Source: Phoronis australis (lineage: Eukaryota > Animalia > Phoronida). From it: a stretch of DNA of 41,850 nt. Location of the stretch: the NCBI GenBank assembly GCA_002633005.1, contig NMRA01000400.1, positions 238,771 through 280,620 on the forward strand, read 5' to 3'. Below, in pieces: positions 26,291 to 39,549 of this stretch. The notes beneath the pieces were generated by a model. The model saw only the letters and a program-made list of their open reading frames with translations, searched no databases and had not been told where the DNA came from. Made by a program: the position numbers and the translations under genes. Numbering within the stretch: the first letter of the stretch is position 1; the number at the start of each line of letters is the position of its first letter.

Positions 26291-26745
26291 GTATACATGA
26301 GGGTTCTGTCCACATATTTTTACTATTTGTTCTTAGTACTTTACATGGGCATTAAACTACTGGGTAAAAATAATGAGAAAATCTTATCAACAGGGAGACC
26401 AAATACTACTCTTAAGGACAGATCTGGTCTTATTTTGTAACCTTAGTAATGATCTCTGGTCACTCCCCTCACAAGACATTTTGATGCGTGCATGTACATT
26501 CTATTCTGCACCTGTGTCACCTGATTGGAATAATGTGAACTTTTGTCTTCTGTCTTGAAAGTGGTTTATAGAGACACAAACTTTAAAATTAGTGCATAAG
26601 TAAATAACAACATATATATCCAAGTTTCGGTTAATTACTCTAAACCATTCTCAAGGAAACAATTCAGACTCAAAACAGGTAGAGAAGAGACTGTACAGGT
26701 ACAGGTACAGGTCAAAATGCATTGTGAGGGGAAAGAGACCAGAAA

Positions 26746-28860
26746 TCAAAACAGTTGGAGGTCATATGAACCAATGTTTCGATTGTGGTAATGCTCAGCA
26801 TGGTTCAAGGGTACCGTATTTGCCGTAATAACTGACAATGCCCCTATAAGCGCCCCCCACACGTTTTCAGACTTTGCTAAAATAAGCGCCCAGTCCATGA
26901 ACGTGTACATGCAAAAAATGCCTTACATACAGTCCTAAAATTCGACAGTAACCTCTTCAATTTATCAATAATATCCGACAGTCCTGAAAAAATCATTGTG
27001 CGCAGAATTTGCAGACCACGAGCCTCGTCATTATGTCGGTATTTAGCCGTGACTATACACTTCAAACTTCTGCCATGCCTCAAAACGAACACTGAAGTTC
27101 TGCTGATATTGTGAGGACCAATGGTCTGGCCTTTCAGAACAGAAGTAGTGTACTTGTCTACAGGATTGCTTTGTAGATATTTCCCGCTTTCAACAGGAAT
27201 TAAAATTTCTTTGTAGGCCTACACGTGAAAACTGCGAATCAAAGACTAATAAACAGCTTGGCCAGTGTTAAAAGCACATGTCCAGGAAGTGCACACTACA
27301 TACATGAACCAGGCATTAAGTCGGGAACTATCCATTCATGGAACGGGTAGCATAGCATCGGCAAAAAATGAATATTGGCACTAATTTCCAACAGTTTCTC
27401 ATATTATAAAAATGTTTGCGTTTTTTTTAAAATGAATGGTTTGATTAACCATAATTGGTATTTTTAAGCCAAATATCCCACAAAATAACCACTGACAGTG
27501 AATGCTTACACACCCTTACACCGAAAAATAACTGTCAGATAGTCACATACGCATCCAGCCATACAGCAACTAATATGGCCTTACCGAGACAAATGTCGAA
27601 CGTTTTTCAGTTAGCACATGAGACCGGCAAGTGCTGAATAAACACGCTCTGGTTTAGGCCTACTGCTTGTGCAAATTTCTTTTCATACAATGCACATCTA
27701 GTTCGTTAGATTGCGTGGCCTTGTCTGGCCAAAAGACAGTCTCTGCTCTGGCAAATGAACTCTGGTGACACACATGCGCTCCCTTACTCACAAACGCAGA
27801 CAACTTCAAAACAAATGTCACGTGACAACAACATTTGTGTTCATCCAGACATTTTTCTCATGTTGCCGATCATACATGTAAATGGCACGATATCAGCACA
27901 GATTTGTACTTAAACCTGCCGTGATCCCGACTACACGGGAACTTAAAAATCTTAGGGATGCTACTTGGAATACTTAAGGAGGATTTCTGGTAATTTGCTT
28001 GAGTCGAAACTGTATTATTATTCAAGCATTCAAGTCGCCATATCGACGATTGCGAGGCAGGCAGTCGACGAGCTTTCAACCTGGGATTTCAGCACAATTT
28101 TCTGTAAAATGATCGTAATTTAGCAGCAAAGTTTGATAGCAATGCACCACGGTTTTGTGGAAAGTCTTTCATAGATTACAGATACGTCACAGAGTGTAAA
28201 TATAATGAATTTTATCTTCGGATTTCACCCGTTTTGGAGACCGGGTTTCAACGGCCTCGGGTTATAAAAAGCACCCCCCCTCCCCCCTGAGATGAACTTT
28301 CCTAAGCGCCCTGGGCGGTTATTATGGCGAATACGGTATATGCATAGCCTGCTTTATGTGGAGCCTGAGGGTGGCATTATCCTTGTCTAGGATCTGAACA
28401 CCAGAGCAATCTATAGTGTGACCAGTTGTCAAGGAATGATTGAGAACAGCACTGTGAGTGTCTTCACAGTGTTCTTTTACTCTGATACTAAGAATCCTGT
28501 TGTCATTCCAATGTAAAACTGTTCACAGTCATTACAGTTGAGTTGGTATACAACAAGACTTCTTTGAGAATTACTCAATGGTGTTTTTAGTCTAGACAAT
28601 GACAAAAGTCTGTTTACAGGTTTGAAGATGGTTATGAGTTGTAAACATGGAGCAACAGCTCCAAGCATTCTCTTAACCTGTCTCTTGACTACACAACTAC
28701 TGTTACCCAAATAGGGGAGATGGAGAAAAACTGTTCTTCAATTCAGGCCCAAACAAACATCCGCAAGTGTTCTTGATTGGTTACCTAAAAACCTGTCAGT
28801 GCAAGACATTATAAATGTTTTAGGGTATTCATTTTGAATCCAGAGATTAAAAAATTTAAA
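26746..28860 (-). mobile_element. Penelope-like retroelement remnant (GIY-YIG endonuclease end), split by the Tc2-like MITE
   Basis: 28860-28339 reads QNEYPKTFI..VFLHLPYLG..VVYQLNCNDCEQFYIGMT..KEH..SAVLNH..GHTID..ILD..LHIKQAMHI. The frame resumes at 26811 as PLNHAEHYHNRNIGSYDLQLF* (stop at 26746-26748). Confidence 0.85.
26814..28336 (+). mobile_element. Tc1/mariner-superfamily (Tc2/pogo-like) non-autonomous element, 1523 bp
   Basis: TA|CCGTATTTGCCGTAATAAC ... GTTATTATGGCGAATACGG|TA: CCGTA termini, TA TSD, subterminal TAAGCGCCC motifs. Second copy at 517-1581. Confidence 0.88.
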
Positions 28861-29074
28861 AATTCAAGTTCCTGGTCAAACAAGAGAATAAATGAAATGT
28901 TGTTCAATATGTCGTTAGTTACACATGCACTGATTTTAAAGTTCATACTCATGTTTTGGCCAACAAAGGTGACCTTGGTAATAAGCGTGAAAAAAACACA
29001 TGGACGACATAATTCAAATTAAAATTGTAATGATTGTTACTCCATAATCTTAGTGGTTTCATTTTGCAAAATAT

Positions 29075-29345
29075 GGTAAAAATTCTTTAATTTGGAACAG
29101 TCCTAGAATTTGGGACACCGATACGCCAATTTACAATGAATTTTATAGATGCTTAAGACTGGGACATGGGCGATTTTGGTGTTCATTGTATTTTTCAATT
29201 TCAGGCACAGAACTTTGTATCAGCAGTCTGAAAATAGACTTGACAGCTATTAAAGTTGCCGGAAATAGCAGCCAGGGCGAAATAGCTGCCCAGGCGTTTT
29301 TCCATCTGTTTATAGTTTATAACATCAAAGTGATAGATGGTTTGT
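29075..29345 (+). repeat. Old dispersed repeat (other copy 12790-13050)
   Basis: Shares the TTTGTATCA.CAGTCT.AAAATAGACT.GACAG core and the order of flanking blocks with 12790-13050. Confidence 0.65.
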
Positions 29346-32057
29346 TTACCTTTCGTTCTTTTTTACATACACTATCCCTGAAATCAAGCCACTGGATGTG
29401 AAAAATATAGGCAGGTACAAAACGTAAACTGAAACCTGTGTAGCTTGCATCGTTCTGCATAAATTCCAGAATATAGGAAATGGTTGATTTTGCTGTCTTT
29501 CTGTTGATTCTTGATTTTGGGACGACCAATTCTGGCTATTTCTAAAACTTCCTACAAGCAAAGGCCTTGAACCTGTCCCAAACTGCACAATTTTTACCAA
29601 CTCATCTTATTTCTACACAATCTTGCGTTTTTGTAAATAAACTACTTCTTTAATTCTCGAACAATTTCTTTTTGTTTTCGTTATTTTCTTTGTGTTACTT
29701 CTTAATAACTCAACTGTAATAATGTGCCTTCATGGATATCTAAGCCTAGATATACTGTAATGCATTTCTTGGCTTGCTTCCAGCAAACATTGAACCTATT
29801 TTCAAACCCCAATTCACAGCCTAGTCACTTGGTACAGTTCAGTGTTCAAGACAAAAACGGCTGCGTTAACCTACTGAACTGCACTTATATGCCTATGGTA
29901 ACTCTTCACCTATATTGGGTGCATAACATGATCGACTAGTGAAATTCTATTTTTCTCCATTTTCTTCACAAAAATAAAAATTAAGAAAAGTTAAGTTTAT
30001 TACTAGCATAGCTTGTACCGAGTAGATATCACAAAACAACACTTGGGAGTTTCCATTGTGATTTGCATGCACTCCTTTCTGGAAGACTGGTGGTGTTTTT
30101 GGACTGCAGTCACAGTACATACATCAAGACACATGCACAGATGAAAGACTGAATTCATTTATCCAACAATTCATAGTGCACAGCCAGTGAATGTAAGCAA
30201 CCCTAGGGGTGTTTGTAAGTAAACTAATACAACTCCTAGCAAAAAGACCCTTAGCAGAAAGTTGATTTGTTTTCGGACCAACTATGTCCTTCCTGATGTG
30301 GTAATTGCTCTGCTGTACACAATATGAACTAAGCCTTAGGTTCTGGACAAGCCAAAACACTGGCCCAAATGTTAGCGAGAACAGTAGCAAATTAGACAGT
30401 GACAAGCTGTCCATGCTAAGAGGACATTCTGGAAAGTAAGAGAAACATCATCTGTTTAAAGTAAGTTTTAGAAGTTTGTTTTGTCTAACTCCAATCACTT
30501 TGATGAGGAAGAATCTGATGTCACCCACACTCTGCCATAAATTGATTAGTGCTCTGATAAACCAATGTCTCTTATCCTGGCCATGTGTGTCCTTTGAAGT
30601 ACGCTGGAACTTACCATAAACTACCAGCAAAAGTGAAAATCAGAACCATTCACAATACAGGAAGTTTTGCTACTAGCCAATGGAAATGCAAGCATTTTAG
30701 CCAGTATTTGAAAGCGGAATAGACCACTGTACCTGATCTGATGATGCCCGTGGTTCTTGAGAAACTTAATTACAAATCATAGGGTGCTATGAAATGGACT
30801 TTTCCAGTAACTTGCCATTTAAACAGTGAAAAAGAATCGTTAATGAAAGAATTCAATGTTTTAAAGAAAGACATGGGTCTGCTTAGATGTTAGAGCAGAC
30901 GAAAACAACGTTTGATTAAAAGCATTTAACATTATTAAATTGCTTTCAAATTGTTCCCAAGTCAAAAAAGGTGTGACTTCTGTATTTAGTGAGGACTTGT
31001 AGACGGTTATTAATTGAGATAATATTTCACAAGTTGCCTTGTCATGGAATGTTATTTTATTTGCTGAGCATAATCTCGGCGAGCAATATGACTGCAAGAC
31101 CAAAATCACCTCTCGTCTGCATAAGTCATACTTAACTTTAGGGCAGTAAGTGAAAACTTCATTTAGTAAATAAATTTGGCATAAACAAATTCCTTTTCCG
31201 CCACATCAGGCCCTAACATATGTTCTAACCACCAGGCCAACATGGCAAAACCCAAACTTAGAACCATCAATAATCATAAAGGTCTACAAACCCCACATGA
31301 CGAGCGTTGTCGTAGAAATACGCCTGCACCACTTCAGCTCACCACCATGACTGAAGGCAAAACAGTTCAGACAACGCCTTTAGGTGAAATTAAACTACAA
31401 GTATGCAATGGCACAGACCACCTGCATCAAACCTGTAGCATATATGCAAATTCTACTCCACCATGAGAAATGGAATAGGTTCCATGGAGCACTTCTGCAA
31501 CGGATTACATGGGCGACACAAGAGTCATTTCCAATTTAGGAAATATGTTCACCGCCATGCTTTTTATTTGGATAGTGATGGAAATTCACAGCCTTTTAAA
31601 ACAAATTCTTTGTCACCATCATCATCAGAGTGCAGAAGTGCAGAAAAACAAATCACCATATACAGCATCTCTGACATAGGCTAATTCTGATAAGGGTAAG
31701 ATCCAGTCTTCTTGTGAGAGAGCAGAAGAATGGCCACAGCATGTGGCTCACCACAATTGGTGTATTTTAAACTTGCTAACAACAGCTCTGGGATATCATT
31801 GGTTATCCCAAATAAAAAGTTCGTTAAGATATGATAACTTCATTGCAGACCCATGTCTCTACAGTAACATATCACACATAACCAATTTCAACAGGGGTCT
31901 TAAAAATGTGTCATCAGGTCATCGACACCTTGAGAACCTGGGAATCCCACTTAGAGTGTCCTACTTTTGAAATCGTGGATGAACTGCAGCACTAGCACAT
32001 ATTATTTCATTGATATTCTGGCCGATTACCTTCGCATGTAACCACAGGCAGACTTTT

Positions 32058-32154
32058 CGGTAATGGTCTGATATAACGTGCCCGAATTTTGAGAACCAGT
32101 TTTCTCTACTGAATAACGGGCATCAAACTGGCACGTTATATCAGACTATTGCCG
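32058..32154. repeat. Short inverted repeat (25-bp arms), probable MITE relic
   Basis: CGGTAATGGTCTGATATAACGTGCC and GGCACGTTATATCAGACTATTGCCG are complementary at 23 of 25 positions. Confidence 0.75.
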
Positions 32155-32449
32155 CGAATTTTGAAACAAAAAAAGCGTAACATTATTTTGTAATATGGAC
32201 CATAAAAGCAATGCCAAGTGACAATTTATGGTAAAATCTCTCAAATTTCACAAGCAAATAAGAGCCAAAATCACCCTTTTTCATTATCAAATGGTTTTAA
32301 CAATGTTGTGAATGGTCACATAATGCTAAAATAGGTACAGAGGTTGAACATGGGAAAGCATTAATTTGGTGTGGAAAAAATGATAAAATAAAATTTCACT
32401 TCTTGGCCAAATTGTATTCTAAATTAAAGAGAATTCACAGAAATCAAGG

Positions 32450-32911
32450 TACCTAAACTACACGGTTAACGGACTCATAAACACGGCCCACGGACGCATG
32501 AACACGACTCACGGACCTGCAAACACCGTCCACTGACTCACAAACACGGGAACGGACTCACAAAACACGATCCACGCACCCAAATACACGGGACACGGAC
32601 TCATATTCCCGAGGAAACACGGTTAACAGGCTGCCAACCACGGTTTACCGACAAAATGGAGATGTCAGCTGACCCAGGAAGCCGATGAGTTCGTGACTCG
32701 TGTTTGGCGGTCCGTTAACCGTGTTTCCTCGTGAATATGAGTCCGTGTCCCGTGTATTTGGGTGCGTGGATCGTGCTTTGTGAGTCCGTTCCCGTGTTTG
32801 TGAGTCAGAGGACGGTGTTTGTGAGTCAGTGGACGGTGTTTGCAGGTCCGTTAGTCGTGTTTATGCATCCGTGCCCGTGTTTATGAGTCCGTTGACCGTG
32901 CAGTTTAGGTG
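32450..32911. mobile_element. Foldback/MITE-like element with ~190-bp inverted arms built from ~21-bp subrepeats
   Basis: ACCTAAACT.CACGGT.AACGGACTCATAAACACGG... is mirrored by ...CCGTGTTTATGAGTCCGTTGACCGTGCAGTTTAGGTG. AAACACGG and ACGGACTCA units repeat in both arms around a short central spacer. TSD not clear. Confidence 0.85.
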
Positions 32912-34767
32912 CATTGGTAATGCTTCCAATAACCCAATGACAGCTGTACTTCATTTCCGCTGCTTCCCATACTCGTAAATTATCTCTTTGTTGAGCAGAC
33001 TCACAAAATGTCATGAACTTCCATGACATGTAGTTCAAATGGCAGTTATTGGTGAGCCGGCTCATGGATGGGACAGTCTCGCCAGTTGGTGACAGAGACA
33101 AGCTGGGCAGGTCTGAGAAGACCAACTTCAAGGTTTTCCAACAGGGTCAGCATAATTCGCAGGAGACAATACGGATTAGTGGAAATACTTCCTGTAAAAA
33201 TTCCTCAAAGTTTGTGGGATTTCGAAACCCGTGGGAAAGCAGCTTTTGAAAACGGACAATGATTATGGAAATCATTTTTGAGCAATATAACTAAACAGAT
33301 GAAGCCTTTTTACTGCTCAAAAGACATTCCAGTTGGTCTGACTTAAACGATCAAAATTTGCAGCGAACTAAAATCCGTAGCTACTTTAGCTGAGGTCAAG
33401 CGTACATCAAAAAGACTACGTTCACTGCACAGCTACTGGTGTGCTGCAAATAGTGCCCAATGCACATATTGACAGAATATATGTACATTGCTCATCTTAC
33501 ATCAAGTATCCTCATGCCTTGCCGCTCAGTTCATGTTAAATTCAGAGACTTACTAGTGGTGTTCACATGTAAAAGAATCACAGGAAATTTTCACAAGCTG
33601 CCGCTATTGACATGATTGGTTTGTTGATCCCAGCCTCAAGCAATCAGGTCTTAAATTTCTAGTACCTATCTGTGATGCATAATCATTGTTGCAAATATCA
33701 TACATATACTCTAGTACATATCATTGTCGGTTAGTAGCACTCGTGATAACGTTTGTTGTACAATTGACAACATACTTTTCTTGCATGTGGAACTTTTATT
33801 CATAGACAAGTTAACACAAACCATCAAATTGTTCAAAGACCTTCTTGAAAAAGCTCTATAATAATTACACACACAAACAAATCAAATGCAAACAAAGGGA
33901 ATACTTCATTTTGATCGCTGCACATTTCTTTAGGTCAACAGGAAAATGACAATTCGCAAGCGTATTCGGTAATCATTTCAGCTTTATCAAGAATAAGCAC
34001 AACTGCACTGCATGGAGGCTTAAAACTGAAGAAATATTGTGGTTTCAATAATTGGTGACAAACTTGCCTGTTGATGAAAAATTTATTCATCATCAAAGTG
34101 TAACATTAACACTGGCTTTCTACTGACAATAAGACAATCGATGCAGTCACTGAATGTCATTTCCCCATAATGTGTACCAAATTGAAAAGTTTTTACCATT
34201 AGTGTAAATAAAGCCTTTCTCCTGAAAGGAAAAGTTAATGTCACTCAATGAGAAAGGGCAGGTATTTACACCAGATGCTTTTGGTTTTCAGTTAACTGGG
34301 ATCTAATTTCAACGGCCTATAGAAGCGCTTGTATAAAAGGTCCAGTTCCGGCATGTGGCTTTCCTTCATGTAACCTCATTCAGCCTCAGTAACATCCACA
34401 ATTAGACCCTTGAAGGTAAACACAACAGCATATCACTTGACTGGTTTTGTGTCCAAAATCTGACCAGGAACTAGACCAGAGTGTCAATAGGTCTTCTTAA
34501 GCCTCATGTTTCTTCCAGGAAAGGAAATAAGCTATTGTCCACACCACTCATTGCCTATGAAAGGGCATCCTTACCAAGGAGGCTGACTTGTGTAGCAGTC
34601 AGATAGTAGTTCCTCTTCATACACTGGCACATTGTCTTATGGTTAGTATTGCGATTCACATTTCTCCAGGGCCACTGACTTGTACATTGTGCCATGCAGG
34701 GAACCGACGCACTGACTATGAGTTCAATACACAATAGCCAGGATTTAGGTCTGCCAACAGAACATTT

Positions 34768-34812
34768 GGTTGCAACCGCGGAAATTGCAGGTTCGAATCC
34801 GTGCCGAGGTTC
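34768..34812 (+). repeat. tRNA-derived fragment (T-arm/B-box), probably a SINE or repeat relic
   Basis: GCAGG-TTCGAAT-CC(G)TGC forms a T-arm-like hairpin with B-box GGTTCGAATCC at 34790-34800. No convincing A-box, D-arm or acceptor stem. Confidence 0.4.
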
Positions 34813-35136
34813 ATCTCTGAGCAAAACCTTTCTCACCCATACTGACACTAGAAGCTGAATACTATAAAGTGCGTGACACACCCTAAACAAAAAAGCTGCT
34901 ACATGTCGATTTTAAGGCTAACGCGGACATTCATGTGGCTGTAGCCAATACGAGTTTACGAATAAGAACAGCACCTTTCCAAAAAAGCTAATGCTAGTTT
35001 TCAGATTGATCTTACGTAGTAATTAAACATTCACTCGTTTTTAACCTGAAACATGTTTCTAAGCACCTTCTTGTATTTTAAGTCCCGTCAGCACACACAC
35101 ACAGCCTACCCTGGAACAACTTGCACTAGTGCAACT

Positions 35137-38126
35137 CAGGGCTTTATCCAGGATTTCGAAAATAGGGTGTCCAAAATGGGGTTCCCAATATTCCAGGGCG
35201 CCCATGATTCCGACATAGCCTTACCCCCACTCCCAACCACCATTCACCAGTAACTCCCTCCCCCCACACACACAGAGGTTTTTTACAAAAAAACACGTTG
35301 AACAAGGCTTTTACATGTAAGTTTACAAAAACAGCTCTCTTGTAGTGATATTTTTACCAAAAAAAAAATGTGTGGATCAGTTACCAAACAGAAGAAAAAT
35401 GCACAGATGATGCTAAGATGTCTATGGCAGAGACACTCTGGCAACCAAACCTGCTTATGATTGACAGGTCTACTAAATACTTTGAAAATAGTTTGAACAT
35501 TGTAACATTTTATATACATTGTATATTCATTTCTGAGTTGAAAGCTCCAACTTCTCTCTTTCAATAGGGGTGTCCTAGTAATCTTAGAATGTGGGTGTCC
35601 ACAGGAGAAATTTTGATTGACAGGGCATCCAAATGATACATTGGGCGATCTTGCCAGGGCCTCCAGATTAGTGCCAGGACCTATACTGCTTGAAGGCCTG
35701 GCAGGGGTTCATCCAGGATTTCAAAAGTAGGGTGTCCAAAATGACTTTCTAATTTGTTAGGGCATTCATGATCAATGATACTTAACTATTTCTATGACCC
35801 CAATAATAATAATAATATTGATTACAAATTTAGGTAAAATCTAATAATGATATAGAAGGGAATAATAATGCAAAACAGCAAATTCTAAGGAATAATGGTA
35901 TAGACGGGAAATTTGTGGAAAATTAAAAAATAATATAGACTGGAATAATAACATTGATTATAAATTTGCGTAAAATCTAGTAACAGTAGATGGAAATAAT
36001 AAGAAGTGCAAAATCTAATAATGATATAGATGGGATTGGAATAATAGTGCAAAGAAGTATATTCTGTCTGACTTTTAAATTGAACATTAGCATAGTTAAA
36101 TTATTGCAGTGGTGTATCCACACATGCCATAACATAGTACAGTGAAGTGGAATTAAAGTGTCATTGCTAAAACAAAGACCATTCGTTTATTCAATAACTT
36201 TAAATGGAAGTCTATATAGATGTGTTTCAAACAGTACGCGTCATCATTTTAATCAAAAAAGAATCTGACATTCATACTAGAGATGCTAATGTCGACTAAG
36301 TCCAAAAATTATAACAAGGAGGTAAAGATTTCAGCAGCAACGTCCAGACTTCCACGAAGCCGACAGTCTGAATAAAGGTAATAAAGTGTCTTGTTAAAAC
36401 AAGTCGCATTTTTGTCATACATGTTCCTGACAGTCGAGCCTTTGTTTCTCTCAATCTAATGTTTGCACAATGTTCATAGTCAATACCCTCGTAATGTTAG
36501 TCAGAATTCGACGTCAAAAAGTCGGTACATCAAAAAATTTTACACAGCCAGAAATTGCGATTTCTTGCAGAATTGCCCAACATTCGAGTCCACGACCACA
36601 ACTACGTCCAACATCTTGAATATCTAATTAGGTATAATAAACAAACCGATTCACGTGCGCTTTTCCATTTATTTGGACGGGAGAGCAAGTAGAAATGAAT
36701 TTCAATAGATATCGACTGGATTGTCGAACGTTAGCAACTATGTCATTTTTAAGATTGTCACAGGCCCATTCTTCCAGTTCATAAAAACAATCTACTCTCA
36801 AGTTTGGAGCGAATTATAAAAATGGTGATGTCCGATGTTGTTGACAACTTGTTGGTACTTTGTTGATTATAGGAACCTGGTTCCTAGGTTGATTAAAAGG
36901 TTCGGCACCGTTCATTAACTGCACGGGTATTTGCGCTTCGTTGACTTGCCGCGTTATCACCACGGTCCGTATCTGTAGCTGGATTATTTGTCGTACCAGC
37001 ATCTGAATCAAAGTCTGTATTTGGAACATCTCTTGGTTTGTAAAATAATCCTCAAATTCTTTAGGCCTTTGCGCGGCAGATGACATGATTAAGTATGTAG
37101 AATGCGCATGTCAATAATGACGGAAACTGCAGATGACACTGGCTATGCAAAATCCCGGAATTATTCCCCTGGAAACGCAAACTTCGGGGAAAGACACAGT
37201 GAAGAGTTGGTACGGCTTTCCAGATTTTCACAGAGTGCAATCATAAATATTGGATCACCCAAAGAAACTCGTAGAATGTGTTTTTATTCATATGTATGTG
37301 GAGCTGCCGGTAGCACCGGTCTCTGTCACGGGGCGCGCGGAATATTGAAAAAATGCACTTTTTGTGCATTAAATTCCTCATTTCTGAAACTACTGATGGC
37401 CTATTTCTTTCAGCGACTGCCGACCAGCCGTTAATATTAAGAGAAGTGGTCATCATTTCAAGCTTTTTAAATTTTGCCAACACTTTCTTAATTCTGACCG
37501 ATCCTGTCAAACGTACCTGTCCAAAATAACATTCTGGCCGTCCAACAGAAAGCCGCTGCGTAAACCCTTGCTTGGGAGTCCGATTATTTTACGCATTGAA
37601 ACGTACAGTTGTATATTTTAGCGAATAAAATCTTTTAATGTGTATGACATGTGACTTTCGTGTGTAACGCGAAGTCGTATATAGCTCTCCTAAATTACGA
37701 AATCTGAACCGAGTGTCTCGTGGTCTAGAGGTTTAGAGCGAATTAAGAGCAAATTAATCAAGTCTTACGACCAACATACGATACCCGGTGTCAGCAGCTA
37801 AGTTTTGGTGTAACAAATTTGTAATGAATGAAACAACAATTGAGAACTTGCTGCATCAAATAATCGTGGAGAGTGGAAAAAGGTTAGCAAATTAATAAAT
37901 GTAAAGACCCAAATAAGCGTCGTATAGACCGGCAAACGAGTCTGAAAAAATAATCAATACGGCTATTCGGAACTCGAGAGTAAAAGACACATCGATGCTT
38001 ACTATTCAGACATCAACATGCTGAACAGGGCATCCTAAAGTTGTACAGGACACCCTAGCTATGGAGTCTAAATGGGAGTCAATGTGTCCATTTGGAGTCC
38101 CTGGATGCCAACTAGATGAAAGCCTG
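35137..38126. mobile_element. hAT-like non-autonomous ends (two left ends, one right end)
   Basis: CAGGGCTTTATCCAGGATTTCGAAAATAGGGTGTCCAAAATG (35137) and CAGGGGTTCATCCAGGATTTCAAAAGTAGGGTGTCCAAAATG (35702). Inverted end TAGATGAAAGCCTG at 38126, with GGACACCCTA subterminal. No 8-bp TSD found. Confidence 0.5.
36249..37086 (-). pseudogene. Decayed intronless ORF of unknown family (~280 codons)
   Basis: The 90-aa ORF continues in frame past its stop (FAPNLRVDCFYELEEWACDNLKNDIVANVRQSSRYLLKFISTC...GRGLECWAILQEIAISGCVKFFDVP), with only 4 stops in ~212 codons. After a frameshift it reads MYDKNATCFNKTLYYLYSDCRLRGSLDVAAEIF. AATAAA lies downstream at 36191-36186. Confidence 0.45.
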
Positions 38127-39549
38127 TAGGCAGGATTATACTTATTAGTAATACGATCACCTCACCCGCTGCAAGGCAGAGAGCTGATGGTCTTCACTCA
38201 ATTTGAATTAATACCATGATTGAAAAAAATCATACTGAACAATATGTAAAGAAAATTTATACCAGGAGTCAATGAATAACGAGATTGGTTACAAACACAC
38301 AGCCAAAACTATGATTACTTGCCCTTCAGTGTTTTATCACAAATATATACATTGTACACAGTAAAAGAGGAGAAGTCAGACAAAAATACCATTTCCCAGT
38401 CTTGTGAGCCAATTCTGCTAACAGCAAAAATGACTGGTAACAATTACAATAACAGGGAAATTTTAATTCCAGAAAGCATAAGCCACATTTACAAATCCTC
38501 ATGTTCATTCCTCCTCATTTTCGGTGATGAGAGAAGACAATTCTGACCGGGAATTTGGCTTCAGCTTGTCATTATTTTCCTCAGTTTTATCTTATTTATT
38601 CACCGAATTGTACACATTAACTAATTTTTATAACCAAATCTAATTGTACATAGCTCTCTGTATTTCACTTCAGGAAATTATTTGCGACTGGGCCCATTTG
38701 AAAATGACTGTATTCACTGAAGTGGTCACCCAGTCTTTTAAAGGAGTTTAAATAAATAAATTCACCTAGCCGCCATGATGGGGACTCATATCTTTGGCTT
38801 AGATCATTATATTAAAATAATCGTGTCACTGGCACACAAAACAATGGCAGGTAATAGACATAATTTATATAAAATGTGGAAGGGGTGCTGGTTATTGGAA
38901 TGAACATTTCGTAAATGGAATGTATAAAAAGTTGTATCTGTACATCAAAGAAGATAATGTATATTGACAGGTAAGTTGGAATTTTTCATGGGTTGTGTGA
39001 TTTTTGACAATGTTTTGTTAAAAGTTATCTTCAGCTTCTGAAGACAATTTTGAGGTGGCAAGTTGCCAAGGATAATTTACAACCTGACGCCCGTGTTTAC
39101 AGTCAACACCATCACTGGCGGATCTAAGATGAAACATGTCCTAGAACGCGCTAGCTTACATGGTCGTCTCAATCTGCCAACTAGCAGGTATAGGTTGGTC
39201 CTGATTTATCAACACACCACTAAGTCGCTAGCGTAGTGTGATTGATCAAATGCTAAATGACAAGCGCCCCAGTGCTTTCTAAGATGTCTATTAGCCTGTG
39301 AACAAATCAAACCTGGGCTCGACATAATGAGCTGCAGGTCACATTTGCGACGTGAAATTTGGAAATGCGAGCTGAGATTTTTGTCAGCTCGTATCAAGTC
39401 GCAAAATGCGACCTGGAATTTCCAACGAATGCGAGCTGAGTTTTTTCACTTCTCGGCAGATACCTGGCAAATATAAAGCAACTATTGTTAATCCGACTAT
39501 TATTTGATTGTTGCCAAATCCAAGTTCAAAAGACCACTAACTGAGAACA

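Noticed and set aside
34740-34815. Functional tRNA gene
   Set aside because: B-box/T-arm only; I could not form an acceptor stem or D-arm.
37089-37093. TTAAG baculovirus-type late promoter between the divergent ORFs
   Set aside because: A 5-mer is expected often by chance in AT-rich DNA; not used as evidence.
37712-37742. A-box-like GTGGTCTAGAGGTTTAGAGCG as a tRNA/SINE head
   Set aside because: No B-box at the expected distance, and it lies within a stop-poor coding-like stretch.
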